Assembly: GCA_951406725.2 (NCBI GenBank)
Contig: OX597828.1
Location: 14,880,001 to 14,944,000, forward strand
Source: Octopus vulgaris
Lineage: Eukaryota
DNA: 64,000 nt
Direction: 5' to 3'
The notes under the pieces are model-generated. The model saw nothing but the letters and a program-made list of their open reading frames with translations. It made no database searches and was not told the DNA's origin. The position numbers were made by a program, and so were the translations under genes. Below, piece after piece: positions 1-14,120 of this stretch. The first letter of the stretch is position 1. Every line of letters begins with the position of its first letter.

Positions 1-2751
1 TTACTTTATTAACCCTGAAAGGATGGGAGACAAAGTAGGCCTCGGTGGAATTTGAACTCAGAACATGATGACGGACAAAATGCCACTAAGCATTTTGCCC
101 AGCTTGCTGCCTTACTGATGCTAAATATTAACTTTCAGAGACCTCTCCCAAAGCTTTTAGAAGATATTATTTACAAAGAATGTTGTGCAATTAAGAAGCT
201 TGCTTCACAACTACATGCTTTTTATCTCACTGCACAGCCCCTTGGGCAAGGGTCTTCATTCATAACCTGGAATCAAACAAAGTCTTGTGACTGAAATTTG
301 ATAGACAGTAATGTGGCAGCCCACTTGAGGAACTGTTCATGAATGGTAGAATTAATCCTTTCCCAGTTTGACATCACAAATTGGTCCTTAGATGCTTTTA
401 ACAGAGACCAGCTAACTGTAAGCATTTAAACCAGGTCTTCATTAATGTTTATCTCCAAACCTGCACCTTTGATTATTTCATACAAGTGAGGCTGTTTATT
501 TCCAGTCTTCCAGGTAAAAAAAAAATCTCACCATGGGAAATATTACCTCGCTTGGAAACAAGAGTTGGTAACAAGACTGGCATCTGACCTTAGAAAAGTG
601 GACATTAAATGATGAACATTGGAGACAGTAACACTGTTTTGAGGATGACTTCTTCCAAACACGAAGTCCCTAGTGAGAAAAAAGAATGCAAGATAAATTT
701 CCTCTTTGGCAAAACACTAGTCAACTGCAAGAATTTTTGTTTATCATCACCATCATCCTTTAACATCTGTTTTCCATGCTGGCATGGGCTGGACAGTTTT
801 ACTGAAAAGTGGTAAGCTGTACCAGGTTTCAATCTGATTTGGCATTGTTTCTACAGCTATATGCCCTTCCTAATGTCAATCACTCCAAGAGTGTAGTGTG
901 TGTATGGGTGTGTGTAGGCAGTCATTGCTGTGTGGTAAGATTGCTTCTCAACCACATGGTTCCAGGTTCAGCTCCACTGCGTGGCACCTTGAGCAAGTGT
1001 CTTCAACTATAGCCACAGTCCAACAAAAGTCTTATGAGTGGATTTAGTAGATAGAAACAAAGAAGCCTATCGTGTGTGTGTGTGTATGTGTGTGTCCAGT
1101 GTTGCTGTGTTTATATACTTGTGACTTAGCAGTTTGGCAAAAGAGATTGATAAAATAAATACCAAGCTTTAAAAAAAATAGTACTAGGATCAATTTGCTC
1201 AATTTAAATTCCTCAATGCCGTGCCCCAACATAGCCACCATATGTATTTAATTGTTCCATCTAAGCAAAGTGGGACAAGTAAAATGAAGTGTCATGTTCT
1301 GCAAAGAGAGTGAAAGATACAGATAGACAGACAGAAAGAGAATGAAAATGCTTGCAGAAGGATATGAATAAAAAAGAAAAAAATATAGAAAGTAGCTTCA
1401 TTCCTAAACCAATCAACCATAATAAGACCAGTAATATCCTCTTTCAATATGGAATTGGAACTAACCTATCAGTTGCTACAAAAGAAACGCAAGCTACAAC
1501 TAAAATAAACACTTAAAATTAGTAACAGAAGCAAGATCAGCCCAGAGAGATTTCCTTAGTAAGAGATTTTCAAGAGAATAGAGAAGCATATTTGTAGTTA
1601 AAAGCATGCAAATGAAATCCATATTTGTCAATATATGGAAGGAATTTGAAGGGGGGAAAAAAAAATGTCCTAGATATTTTGAAAGTTACACATTGAAAAG
1701 TGTTTAATAAGAACGGTATGAGAGGATAATTTAATATATTTCGTGGCATATTTAGGATGCAAAGTAGTGTTTACTAAGACTATTCTAAACATCCCAATCA
1801 GGCAAAAAACTGGAAAGTAAATAAATAAATTATGAAGTGATCTTGCATACTTTATCTTATAGCAAGAATATTTTTAGTGGGGGGGGGGGGGGCAGATATC
1901 TGTTGGTTAGATAGGAATAGTTCTAACACTTGATAACAACCCGCCCGAGATTGCCTTTGGTTTTATGATACAGAGTAAATAACTTTTAGAGTTTGTATTT
2001 AAATTAAAACACACCATCAAAATTTTTATACAAGAGCGCTTTAGGTCGTCTTCCAAACATCATCATAACAAAGTGAGAAAAAAGAAAACAAAACAGACAT
2101 TTTACTAAACCCCTCCAGCTTCTCGATTGTTTTATAAACTGTAAAAACACAGGTAATGTATTTCAATAGAAATACAGTCACAAAGGGGTTAAAGACGTTA
2201 AATTTTATACATAAAAAGGATGTTGTAAAGCAGATTATTTTTATCCTATGTGAAACAAAGAAAAAAAAAAACAAATCGTAACTTTTGTACTAAATATGTC
2301 AGTAAGTACTTAAATTAAATAACGATCAAGTTGTCACTGATAAGGGTTTTAAGATCTGCATGCAACCTGACAAAGACCACAATATCAATAATAATAAAAA
2401 AAAAACATAAAAAATGTTATATCAAAGAAACTCTACTGAATAAAGTGAATAAGCTTTTAATAGGGAAACTGGTACGTAAATGACGGCAAATGCGATTTAC
2501 ACAGCACATTGGTTTTATTTATATTTACATATATATATATATATATAAAATCATCATCATTGTTTAACATCTGCTTTCCATGCTAGCATGGGTTGGACGA
2601 TTTGACTGAGGACTGGCAAACCAGATGGCTGCACCAGGCTCCAATTTTGATCTGGCAGAGTTTCTACAGCTGGATGCCCCTCCTAATGCGAACCACTCCG
2701 TAAGTGTAGTGGGTGCTTTTACGTGCCACTGGCACGAGGGCTGGTCGGGCG

Positions 2752-2797
<46 letters not shown>

Positions 2798-3329
2798 CCC
2801 CACTTGTTACTTGTGCTAACTGTAGTAGTTGTTCAGCATGAGATCGGCTCTGATCCAGTTGAGCTTTGACAAAAAGTGTTTTAGTTATGATCATCTTGTC
2901 TCATATTTAGACAAAATATATGCAAGACTAAATTATCCAATATGCCCTTCCATTTTTCAAAATAGAGTATGAGATTTCATAGCTATTTCTAGCAAGCCAA
3001 GCAATCGGAGTTTCCCTCTGCTTGTCACATCAGGTGCTGTTAGCTATATATCCTCATTAGTTCGCTAAGAACACTATATTTTATTGCTACCACCATAAGG
3101 ATACTATTGGTGACAAAACATAAGCAGTGAAGATGGTGTTAGACATCACTAAATACACTTGTTTGCCAAATATCATTTACAGGTCATCATCTGCAAGAAA
3201 TAGCAAATATGTTATTTTTCTTACAATAGTTTAGAAATGTTAGACATTGACCTTATCTTTGTAATTTCTATTGGAAGCACACTTCCGTTGGCCCTTTCTC
3301 AAATCAAATTTTCAAAATCTAAGAAAATG

Positions 3330-3471
3330 ATCAACCCATGGAAGTGTAATATATGTGGGTATCTTTTCAGAACATTGTCTGGTTTAAAAAGCCATACCAG
3401 ATGCCATGATGGTGCTATGGTGTAGGTACAGGAGGTGGTCAGGCTCTGCATAAGGAGTAGACAACCACATA

Positions 3472-3511
<40 letters not shown>
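3330..3511 (+). mobile_element. 5'-truncated RTE-type LINE 3' end with one C2H2 finger and (TA)n tail
   Basis: WKCNICGYLFRTLSGLKSHTRCH then stop, short 3' UTR and microsatellite tail, typical of the RTE ORF2 C-terminus. Confidence 0.65.
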
Positions 3512-3514
<3 letters not shown>

Positions 3515-5513
3515 CTTCTGAAAAAAGAACAGACTGTAGATAACACAAAGGGCTAATCTGAATAAAATAGGAGCACGAAAAAATGAGCTAATGAGTCCAC
3601 AAATATCACACCACTCCATCTCTTCATATCCTCATGATTTCCAGCCTTGCCACATGTCATCCATCTTTTAAAATAAGGTACACCATACCCCTCACCCACC
3701 CAACCCCACCTGTCTCCGTCATAAGAGAAGATTAGAAGGATTAGCAATGGGAGGTCATCCAATCACAAAACACTGTTTCAGAAAATTCAACCAACTCATA
3801 CCAGCATGGAAAAGTAGATGCTAAATTATGATAGTGATATCCATATCATTTCACATCCACTTTTTCCATGGGTTGGATAAGTTTCACAGGATCTCTTGTA
3901 TTCATTTGTAACATGTATATTTTTATCATTGTCTTTACAGCTTGATGCCCTTTCTACTACCAACTATACAATATAAACTGGGTGTATTTTATTGTGCCAC
4001 CAACAACACAAAAGAGATTGACTACCGCAGGATCAACAAAGGATAGTGTCCTTGCTACCTTTCATTCATTCAGAGAGAAAGACAAACAGACAGACAGGTA
4101 GACAGAAAATATATGCAAAAATAAGTAACTTTGATATATGGTGAGTTCCTAAAGTCTGTTAACAAGTAAGGTTTTTAACTCAACATTACATAAAGACAAG
4201 ACAAAATATACATGAAAACACAAGGTCTCAAATCTAGGGGTATGGGAATAGGTAATCGACCCCAATTCCTGACTGGTACTAATTTTATTGATCCCTAAAT
4301 GATAACAGAGTATCATCATCATGGACATCAGTATTTCAGTACCGCTTTTGCATGCAGGTGCAGGTTGTCAATGTGTAGTGTTTTGCTTCTTGCCACAAAC
4401 CTTACTCATCCAGCACACCCATTCAACTTCATTGCATTTTCTTTTAATGCCTTTTTGTTTTCTATACTTTACAGCTGGTACCTCTATCATCAAAAGTTTC
4501 AAAGTGTGAACTAAGAGAATTTTATCAAGTCAGTGACACTAGAGAGAGAGCTATTGGAGGTTGTCTGTGCAAAGATTAAAGCAGCCCCACTAACCTGGGT
4601 CAGTTCTTGTTCAAGGTTAGTATCCTTCTAACTGGGTTGACTGCGACATGGCTCGAGATATCCACATGTCTATCATTCTGGTATAAACCTTTATCTAAGA
4701 GTTACTAGGTGCTTTTATTGTCCTTTTATGAGTATGTTCAAAAACAACATTCCTATGAAACTAACCAAGCAAAAGAAGTTGAAAACCTGTGCAGACAGGT
4801 GAGAAACAAGAGCAGCAATATGTTAAATCAACTATCTTCCTGCACAAGTATCGTCATAGGAAACAAAACAAAAAAGAAAGAAAAAACTAATAGTAAATAA
4901 ATGATTTTTTTTACAATGATGATAATAATGATCAATATTGATTTTAATTTTTCATGAAACTACTACAGGTAACACTGAAGGTAGGAAATAATAATAAAAA
5001 AAAGCCTCAAACACGCACATATATACATGTAGTTGTTGACAGCTTTAAGTCAGCAATGATTTAAGACAAAATGATGGATGGATGCATGCACATTGATTTT
5101 TTTTTTTTCCTTTTTAAAGATAGTAGGATAATCTGAGGAAGATGTAGCTACTATTTCTATTAGATCAAAGAAGTGAACAATTACCTTCCTACACATATAC
5201 ATCTATTGCTGATTAGCTATAGGTGAGACCCAACTGAGAAGACTTATAAAGGTATTCCAAGTGTGACCATCATGTCTCATACTACACACACCATGAACTA
5301 CATTATTTTAATGTTTATTTTTATGTCAGGATATAATAATAACGATTTTATATTATACTGAAGGATTACTCATTACTTTTTGTAGAATATACATTTATTA
5401 TACTTTTACAAGAATGATGACTGACTTCAAAGCTTAGCCTTTGCCAGATATTCTGCTGAAAGGCACCAGATCGAAACTTCGAAGTCACTACCACTACACT
5501 TCTTGTGATACAA

Positions 5514-5553
<40 letters not shown>

Positions 5554-5804
5554 TATCTCAGAGATTACATTATCTAATGTATCCTTTTTTTTTTTAAGAT
5601 AGTAGGGTGCTATTTGAGGGAGACTTATTTATAGCAATCAAAGCATCTCTGGAAAAACACCCTCATCACCCTAACTCACACACACACACAAAGTAATTTG
5701 CGTAGGTGATAAATATTGCTGTAGAATTTTGATAAAATAGTTTTAATTTAATTAAGTGATAGTAATCAGCTGGATACATGATGCAACAGCAGCAGTTGCT
5801 TTTC

Positions 5805-5805
<1 letters not shown>

Positions 5806-5870
<65 letters not shown>
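5806..5870. repeat. (TA)n microsatellite
   Basis: Direct inspection. Confidence 0.95.
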
Positions 5871-5874
<4 letters not shown>

Positions 5875-6146
5875 CTATTCAAGGAGTGCAGAATCTTATA
5901 ATTCTAAAGTGCTGCAATATGTAAAAGTAAAACCAACCCCACCACACACATGCACCATCACTTTCTTTCTTCTCTCTCTCCTTTAATGTAGTACTCTATT
6001 AAATCTAAAGACTAGTTTTATTGGAAGAATTGCTTAAGGTAGCTATTGTAATTAATGTATGTGGGCATGTTTATGCATAACATGTGTATGTATAGCTACC
6101 TATCTATATGGATACATAGGTAAATATATATCAGATGTGTATATCT

Positions 6147-6179
<33 letters not shown>

Positions 6180-6660
6180 CATACATACATACATACACCT
6201 ATATAGCTATAGACACATACCTACACACACCACTGCACAATTTTCCGTCCTTTCTTTTGACTATAGATATTCAAACAACGACGACTTTGACATCTAGTTT
6301 ACAACTTGATCTGTCGTCAATGCAAATGGCATCAAGACATTTAAGAGTACTTTATGTGTGTTTTCTGAAACTCGTTTATTAATACACCCAGGTACTAATA
6401 CTACTATTGCTGTTACAATGTCAAGAAGTTTTATCTGAAAGAATTATCTGGTAAGAGATATAAGCACAAACCCTGCCCTCCACTGCAAAATGTCTTCATA
6501 GATATATGTGAAACCATGAATTGTAAAGAAAGTTATCTATCAGTCCACCTATCTATCTAGATATCAGAATTCACATATTGACACTATCAGAAGTGTGCCA
6601 AATGTACATCCAAAAACACCTTCCTCTATAATAACATTCCTTAAAAATTCCGAGACTTAC

Positions 6661-6700
6661 AATTTCTGATGACCTCCCAGGATGGCAACATGTGTATCAT
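6661..6700 (-). other. Candidate alternative first coding exon (MIHMLPSWEVIRN, phase 1)
   Basis: Minus-strand ATG at 6700 is open to a consensus donor AATT|gtaagt at 6661, in a repeat-poor stretch. No homology recognised. Confidence 0.3.
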
Positions 6701-6996
6701 GATACTAAGGTATCACAAAAATTAGGTCTTTCAGGCAGGAAAAAAAAAAAAAAAATACGATGCGTTTTCTGGGAATAAGAGACAATTTAACACAGCTGAT
6801 TGGTGCCAAGTTTAATGTTTTTTCTTGTTTTCTTTCTTTCTCACTATTTATATGTGTGAACATATTTTTCTTTATGTGTATGATGAGAAAGTAATTGTTA
6901 ACATCAATTGTGTTCAATTAATAAATCATAATGTATCTCCCTCCCCCTCTTATAACCTGTGTGTGTGTGTGTGTGTGTGTGTCTCTTTCTCTCCAG

Positions 6997-7069
6997 AGTC
7001 AAAAAGTACCGTTGCTGAAACTAGTTCTTATGTTCAGTCAGCCAAGCAAAACCACCAGTTTCCAAACAG
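6997..7069 (+). other. Exon-like 73-nt segment (possible antisense or lncRNA exon)
   Basis: tctctttctctccag|AGTCAAAAAG...CCAAACAG|gtatgt has strong acceptor and donor. Confidence 0.3.
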
Positions 7070-7746
7070 GTATGTCCAATTGTCTCATTACATTTTTCTT
7101 GTAACGAAACTTTGGCACTCTACAAAAACGGTTCTAATTACCATGAAAAAGCATGTCTTAATGGCTAGGGTATTTGACTCACAATCTTAAGGCTGTGAGT
7201 TCAATTCCTGGCAGCACATTGTGTCCTTGAGCAAGACACTTTATTTCATATAGCTCCAGTCCACTCAGCTGACAAAAATGAGTTGTAGCTTTAATTCAAA
7301 GGGCCAGCCCAGTCACATTTGTGCATCACACTGAATCTCCATGAGAACTACATTAAGGGTATACATTTCTGTGGAGTACTCAGCAACTTGCATGTTAATT
7401 TCATGAACAAGCCGTTCCATTAATAGAATAGACTGGAATACTTACCTGTTCCTGAACTAGAATGTAAATGGATGAATATTCCACAGATTCATGTACTTAT
7501 GAGATTGTCAGGAAGAATCACCATGACACAATGTGTGTGTGTGTATAAAACAAGGCTGTACTTTTTGAACTCCAGGGTACAATCTACTCAATAGGCTTCC
7601 ATACAGTTTCCATTCCCCAATTTTTTTCACAAAATATGGGTTAACTCAATGCTACTGAAAATTACATTTGCCCATGCAGAAGGATTGAACCTAAAACCTC
7701 ATGGTTGCTCAGTACCAGAACTAGTGCCTACACTAGTTCTCATACA

Positions 7747-7973
7747 TTAACTTTCTAACATTTAAACCAGCCATATCAGGCCCAAATATTTACCTGTCTT
7801 ATGTTCAAACAAGTGAGATCCAGACTTTCATACCTACCCTACAATATCATTTAAAAATAAACAATCACAATCATAGAAACCTCGGAGATACGAGATTATG
7901 CATGATTAATTCAAAACAATGGGAATAAATAAGCAATATATTTGACAGAGTAATCTGAATGCTAAAAGATTAA
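7747..7973. mobile_element. piggyBac-like MITE family 1, reverse copy
   Basis: TTAA-bounded reverse-complement match to 31388-31603. Confidence 0.65.
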
Positions 7974-8269
7974 GGAAAAACAAAAAGACCAGTGCCACTG
8001 TACAAATGATGATAGCTGATTAACTTGAACTTCTCTAAGTTGTTGTTTACACCCATGTCAATCCTGATCAAGTAAATCAATGAGTAAAAGCATTCCATCC
8101 ACGACTATCCCTTCTTCCTATATATCCAAACCATGTATCAAAGACAACACTAAAAACAATGTTGCTCACTTTTTTCTTTAAGTTGGCAAGTTATGATAAG
8201 AGGGAAATTTGGCTGCTATTTCTAACATACCAAGCAGCTTGAAAGATCTGTCCTTGTTGATGGATGACA

Positions 8270-8460
8270 AGGAAAGTGACAGCTGAGGGGGAATTCCAGA
8301 GAGTTGGAGATCTAGGGAGAAAAAAAAATTGGGTGAAGTATTTAGTTAGCATACCAATTTGAGGTCAGATAGTAAGGAAGTTAATGGAAGGAGGGAAAAC
8401 AAATAGCTCTTTAAGGATTGGATGGATGTGATCTTTATCTCGCTAGTTCAGAGGAACCGG
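8270..8460 (-). mobile_element. Decayed CR1/L2-like LINE 3' fragment
   Basis: Minus translation with a frameshift gives ..QFF(F)PRSPTLWNS.., resembling the SFFPRTxxLWNSLP motif. Confidence 0.45.
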
Positions 8461-9093
8461 AACCATCACAGCAATGACAAAAACAAGCGGGGGGGGGGGA
8501 AAAGACAATATATCAATATGTTAGTAGTTGTTTATAGCCTAGGATTGAGCAAAGCTATGATCAAAGACATTCTGTTCCTCTTCCTATATCCAGGATTACA
8601 TAATCCAATGTGTCCTTTTGTTTGGGTTTTTGTTTTTAAAGATAGTATGTTGTGATTTGAAGAGGATTTGATTGCCACTTCTAGCAACTTGAGTGACTGA
8701 GTAGAGATTGTCTTGAGCTGCCAACCTCTACTCTTCCTGATCACCAGTAGTGTAACATGTCAGGAAAAGAAGGTTTGCTATTTGGTCAAATGACTTCTTT
8801 ACAGATATCACCTACAATGGTCATGTTACATGCTGTCACCGCTTTGTCCTAAATATGTGAGAAGTACTCTTAATACGGTCATGCATGTGTCTAACCATGG
8901 GTTAGTAACTAATTTGTGCTCAACTACTTTCTGGGCCTATAAAAGTCACTGAGATATTGCAGGAAACATCAGATATAGTAAGGATGGGATCTTGCATTTA
9001 TAAAAGCCCATTATCAAGTTGCAAGCCTTTCCACTCTCTTATACTGTTGTTATGATGACCGCTGTTCTTCTTAAGCTGTCAAATGTATATTAC

Positions 9094-9150
9094 CTCCATT
9101 TCAAGCCTATTTTACAATCAAACAGAAGAGCTTCCATGCAGTCACTTGAC
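9094..9150 (-). other. Candidate 57-nt exon
   Basis: Minus strand ttctcttttctgtag|GTCAAG...AAATGGAG|gtaata. One frame is open (SSDCMEALLFDCKIGLKW) but no homology was recognised. Confidence 0.35.
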
Positions 9151-10054
9151 CTACAGAAAAGAGAAGCCAAATTTACCTTTAATCATAGCTATCTTCCTAA
9201 GTTTAACATTTATGTCCCATACTGACCTGGATTTTATGGTTCGACAGGATAAGACTCGCCTGAGGGACATGTTGGTCTTCAATGCCCGCTTTGGATAAGT
9301 TTCTATGGCTAGATACCCTTCTTAATATTAACCATTTAACCAAGCATACTGAGTGCTTTTTTCTTTTTGTAGCACCAGCACAAGTTGGGTCACCAAGTAA
9401 CATGTAAGACCCCTCACAGTACAGGGGCAGTATTGAAGGAAGTGGCATAGTACCAAAAAGTAGAGAGGTTAAAGTAAGAAACAGGTACAGGAATAGATGT
9501 CTTGTTATAGTAGTGGGATACAATAAGAGAGGAGGGTCGCTGCTGGATAGTTTTTGAACTTAAGTCTACTCAATCCGGGCTGATCTAAGGTTAAATAACC
9601 AATCCTACCATGTCAACTCTCTTCCGCCAATCGGTTTTACTTTATATCAATTTCTCCTCAGAGCTACCAAAGAAATTTAACCAAAAGAATTCAAGCTGAA
9701 CATTTACAATATTAACCCAGAGCAGACATCTCTTTCCTGCAATCTGATGAGTGGAGAGTGAATGGAGTGAAAAAGCAATAGCACTCCCCCAATGTAGTGT
9801 TGGAGTGGAGGTATGGTTAAAATAAAACAAATCTGCAGTAAAATTCGTTTTGCTTGATGTTTCTGGTCGAATAGGTTAAAATTTGTACTGTACTTAGACT
9901 TAAATGGATGTGTTTACATGCATATACGTGTGTGTGTGTGTGTGATGCCTGCTTGCATGCGTGAGTATGTATATATGAGGGAGCATATCTATGTGGGGTA
10001 TATGTGTGTCTAGAATATGTGTGTTGAGTATATGTTCATGTGTGTGGGTGTGTC

Positions 10055-10095
<41 letters not shown>

Positions 10096-12352
10096 GCACA
10101 AACAATCATGACATTGTTTCATGTTAGCTTTGAATTTTATATGTCAATGTAAATAACATCAAACCATTTAAGAGTGTGTGAGTAGACATTATTTTCTGAA
10201 ATACTATACCCAACAGATAGGATTAACTAATTCAGCCTTAATTATCTGTTGCACACATACAATGAGACATTTTCATCATCATCATCGTTTAACGTCTGTT
10301 CTCCATGCTAGCATGGGTTGGACGGTTCGACCGGGGATCTGGGAAGCCAGAAGGCTGCACTAGGCTCCAGTCTGATCTGGCAGTGTTTCTACAGCTGGAT
10401 GCCCTTCCTAATGCCAACCACTCTGTGAGTGTAGTGGGTGCCTTTTGGGAAGACAAACACAAAGTGGTATGCATGCCTTTCCAGGAAAATCAGTGGAATG
10501 GCCCCAAATGGGAATGAGTTCCCAGTCTTTGTAACACAGCAATGAATTATCAATTCACCTCAGCCAACGAGAGAACCTCTATGATCATTCAAACTGGTAG
10601 AAATAGCAGCCAAGTCTTCAAACTAAAGCCTATCGTCTCACAAGAAAGGAACACAATGGATAATGTAGTCTTAGATACACAATCATAATTTTAATGTCCA
10701 CTTTTCCAGGTTTGCATGAGTCAGATGGAATTCATTGAGGTAGATCTTTTTTATGGCTAGATACCTTTCTTGTCACCAACCTTCATCTATTTCCAAGATA
10801 TGTTTACATGGAAATGAACGACACCGCTTGTAGGACAGTGATGTTCACTTACTACTATAATGTGATGTCAAAGCAAGGAGACACAAACGGACAAGATGGG
10901 TTTCTTACAGTTTCTGCTTACCAAATCCACCTACAAGGCTTTGGTCAGCTAGGGGTTAGAGAAGAAGACACTGGCCCAAGACTGAACTCAAACCTATGTG
11001 GCTGGGGAGCAAATTTCTTCACCATGCAACCATGTCAGAAATAAACAGCTTCAATACTTTTAATCATATGTCAGCTTGATCAAGGACAACTTGGAGTTAC
11101 ACAACAACAGCAATTGATGCCGATAAAATCCAGAGCTGGGAGTTGTGTGAGTTTATAAAATATTCAAAGTATCAGAAAACAAAAAAAAGTTTAAATTAAA
11201 CAGGGTTATTAATTTTTCACTGTAAGGAAGAAGAGAAACAGTTCAACATTTAGAGAGTTGGTTCTTCCAAGAGAGAGAGAGAGAAAAAAAAACCAGATTA
11301 ATATATTAGTTTCAATAGTAAAACTCAATGTATAGTATATATATTTCTTTACTGCCCACAAGGGGCTAAACATAGAGGGGCCAAACAAGGATAGAGAAAG
11401 GGATTAAGTCGATTACATCTACCCCAGTGTGAAACTGGTACTTTATTGACCTCAGCGGTATTTGAACTCAGAACGTAACGACATAGTTGAGATTGCATTG
11501 ATTTTGCACTTGCAATGTTTTTATAGCCCCAGGAATGATCATGTGCAAGCTTCTTTGCATGCCACGTGGTTTTTAGTTCACTCCCACTACGCAGCACCTC
11601 TGGCAAATGTCTTTTCTATTATAACCCCCAGACTGACCGATGCCTTGTGAGTGAATTTGGGACATGGAAACTGTGTGGTGCACCATCACACCTGTTTATG
11701 TCTTTCTGCCTCTGTCTGTCCACAACTCAACAGATTTTGGTTTACGTCTTCATTATTTAGTGGTTTGGTAAAAAGAGAATGATAGAATAGGTACCAGACT
11801 AAGAAAGAGAAAATTACTGGTGGGCAGGGTTCGATCTGTTTGACTAAAACCCTTCAAGGCAGTGCCCCAGCATGGCCGCAGTCGTATAACTAAAACAAAA
11901 GAGGAAAGATTTCTAGCAGAAAATGCTTAAGGTGCTATTTTTGAATTAACAGATTTTTTCCTTCCCTTATCATTTATTCAGGTGGGATGACGGTGCCCAT
12001 GATCCATTACAGGGTCTCCAAGACTGGTTGGAGAGAGAGAGAGAGATGGGAAAGGGATCATGAAATCAGACAACTGACCTGAATGCTAGCAACAGGATGG
12101 AATCTGCTAAAAAGGACCCAGCCAGGGCAAATACCACAGGTAATCCTGTCTGATATTCTTACAGAACAATCTGAATTGGTATTTTTTTTTTTTAAATTAA
12201 CCACCACCACCACCCCACAAGAAAAAAAAATGGAAAGCAAATTTGACCTTGGCGGTATTTGAACTCAGAGCACAGAACATTGGAACAAATACTTCAAGGA
12301 ACTTTATCCAATGCTCTAATGACCAGCAATCTACCACCACCATTCCAATTTA

Positions 12353-12720
12353 TCTTATATAAAATCCGTTGTCTGTCTGTGTATGTGTCTTCTAGGATCT
12401 TGGGCATCCTCCATCAGATTGCGCTCAAATTTGATATGTAGATACCAACAGTATCAGGGCGTGTATAAGTCTTGAAAGAATTACAAAAATCGATTCCAGG
12501 TGAGAATGCGATCGATAAAGTGAATAAAATCGTTTTTCTTTGGAATAGAAAAAAAGTCTATCTTCATTTCTTCTTTTGCTGGTGTCTCAAATTTAGGTTA
12601 AATCAGTGTTTCTCAAAGGGAAGGCCTATGGGATGGTCGGACAAGTTGTTTTGAGAAAATTTGGTTTAAATGTTTGACAACTCAGCACCGTCCATTGGAC
12701 AGGGGACGTTTTTTTGCTCA
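12353..12720 (+). mobile_element. Non-autonomous Helitron-like element, family 2, copy 1
   Basis: A|TCTTATATAAAA start, GTCT microrepeat, hairpin CCGTCC-ATT-GGACAG, ends CTCA|T. Closely similar along its length to 50399-50768. Confidence 0.7.
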
Positions 12721-12961
12721 TATCTGTATAAAAGCAATCATTAGGCAGCAAGCTAGCAGAATCATAAGCACCCCAGATAAAATGTTTAGTGGCATGTCAT
12801 CTGTCTTTACGTTCTGAGTTCAAATCCCACCAAGGTTGACTTTGCCTTTCATCCTTTTGTGGTTGATGACATATGTACCAGTTCAGCACTAGGATCATTG
12901 TAATCAACTTTCCCTCCCCGACCAAATTTCAAGCCTTGTGCTTATAGTTGAATCGTTAACA

Positions 12962-13340
12962 GGCACAGGAGTGGCTGTGTGGTAAGTAGCTTGCTTACCA
13001 ACCACATGGTTCCGGGTTCAGTCCCACTGCATGGCACTTTGGGAAAGTGTCTTCTACTAGAGCCTCGGTCCAACCAGAGTCTTGTGAGTGGATTTGGTAG
13101 AGGGGAAACATATATATATATATGTGTGTGTATATGTTTTTGTCTTTGTCCCCCAACATCGCTTGACAACCGATGCTGGTGTGTTTACGTCCCCATAACT
13201 TAGTGGTTCAGCAAAAGAAACCGATAGAACAAGTGCTAGGCTTCCAAAGAATAAGTCCTGGGGTCAATTTGCTCGACTAAAAGGTGGTGCTCCAGCAAGG
13301 CCGCAGTCAAATGACTGAAACAAGTAAAAGAGTAAAGAGT
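12962..13340 (+). mobile_element. SINE family A (tRNA head, internal (TA/TG)n, GAGTAAAA tail repeats)
   Basis: TGGCTGTGTGG A-box and GGTTCAGTCCC B-box. Similar copies at 917-1240, 11535-11900, 33152-33405, 42257-42626, 54530-55500 (+) and 29112-29535, 53596-53950 (-). Confidence 0.88.
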
Positions 13341-14068
13341 AAGATGCATAACAGCATTTCATTCATCTTAACATTCTGAGTTCAAGTTTCACTTAAGACG
13401 ACTTTGCCTTTCATTCTTTCAGGGTTGACATAATCAGTACCAGTCAAACACTGGAGTTGGTGTAAATCTACTAATCCCCTCCCTGCCAAATTTCAGGCCT
13501 TGTGCCTATAGGAGAAAGGATTAATAATAATGATTCAGATACACATTTTAAAAGCATAAAAACAGGGTGCTAAGAATACAAAATTTCATGCTTTTATGTT
13601 ATTAGTAAAGTCTGGAATGTCAGTCAGCATGAGCCATTTTAATGAAATGCAGGGATCAAAATTTCAAAAACCCAATAAAATGTCAGTCTGCCTTAAAAAA
13701 AAAAAAAAAACTGACAAACAGCTCACAAACAACAATTTTGGATGAAATACCAAAAATAGTTTCAAGTATTGCATTATCAGTAAACAAACCGCAGACCAAA
13801 CACTAATATAAATATATATATATATACATAGACGTTTTGAGGGCATAAGAGCTCAAGATTACTTTACATATGGGAAGAGAAATGGGTCGGTGGGCGGTTC
13901 GACCTTTTCTTGGAGACAGACATAAGCGACATCGGTAAGTTATCCTCTTACACAGAATCGAAGAATTGTCGCATACATGGTTCGCCCAGGATAGTAAAAA
14001 AAATAAATAAATAAATACAATTCGACGAAGATGTCGAATGCATAAACTAAGTTCGATTTGTTTACCTA

Positions 14069-14120
14069 TACATACATACATACATACATACATACATACA
14101 TACATACATACATACATACA
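14069..14120. repeat. (ATAC)n microsatellite
   Basis: Direct inspection. Confidence 0.95.
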
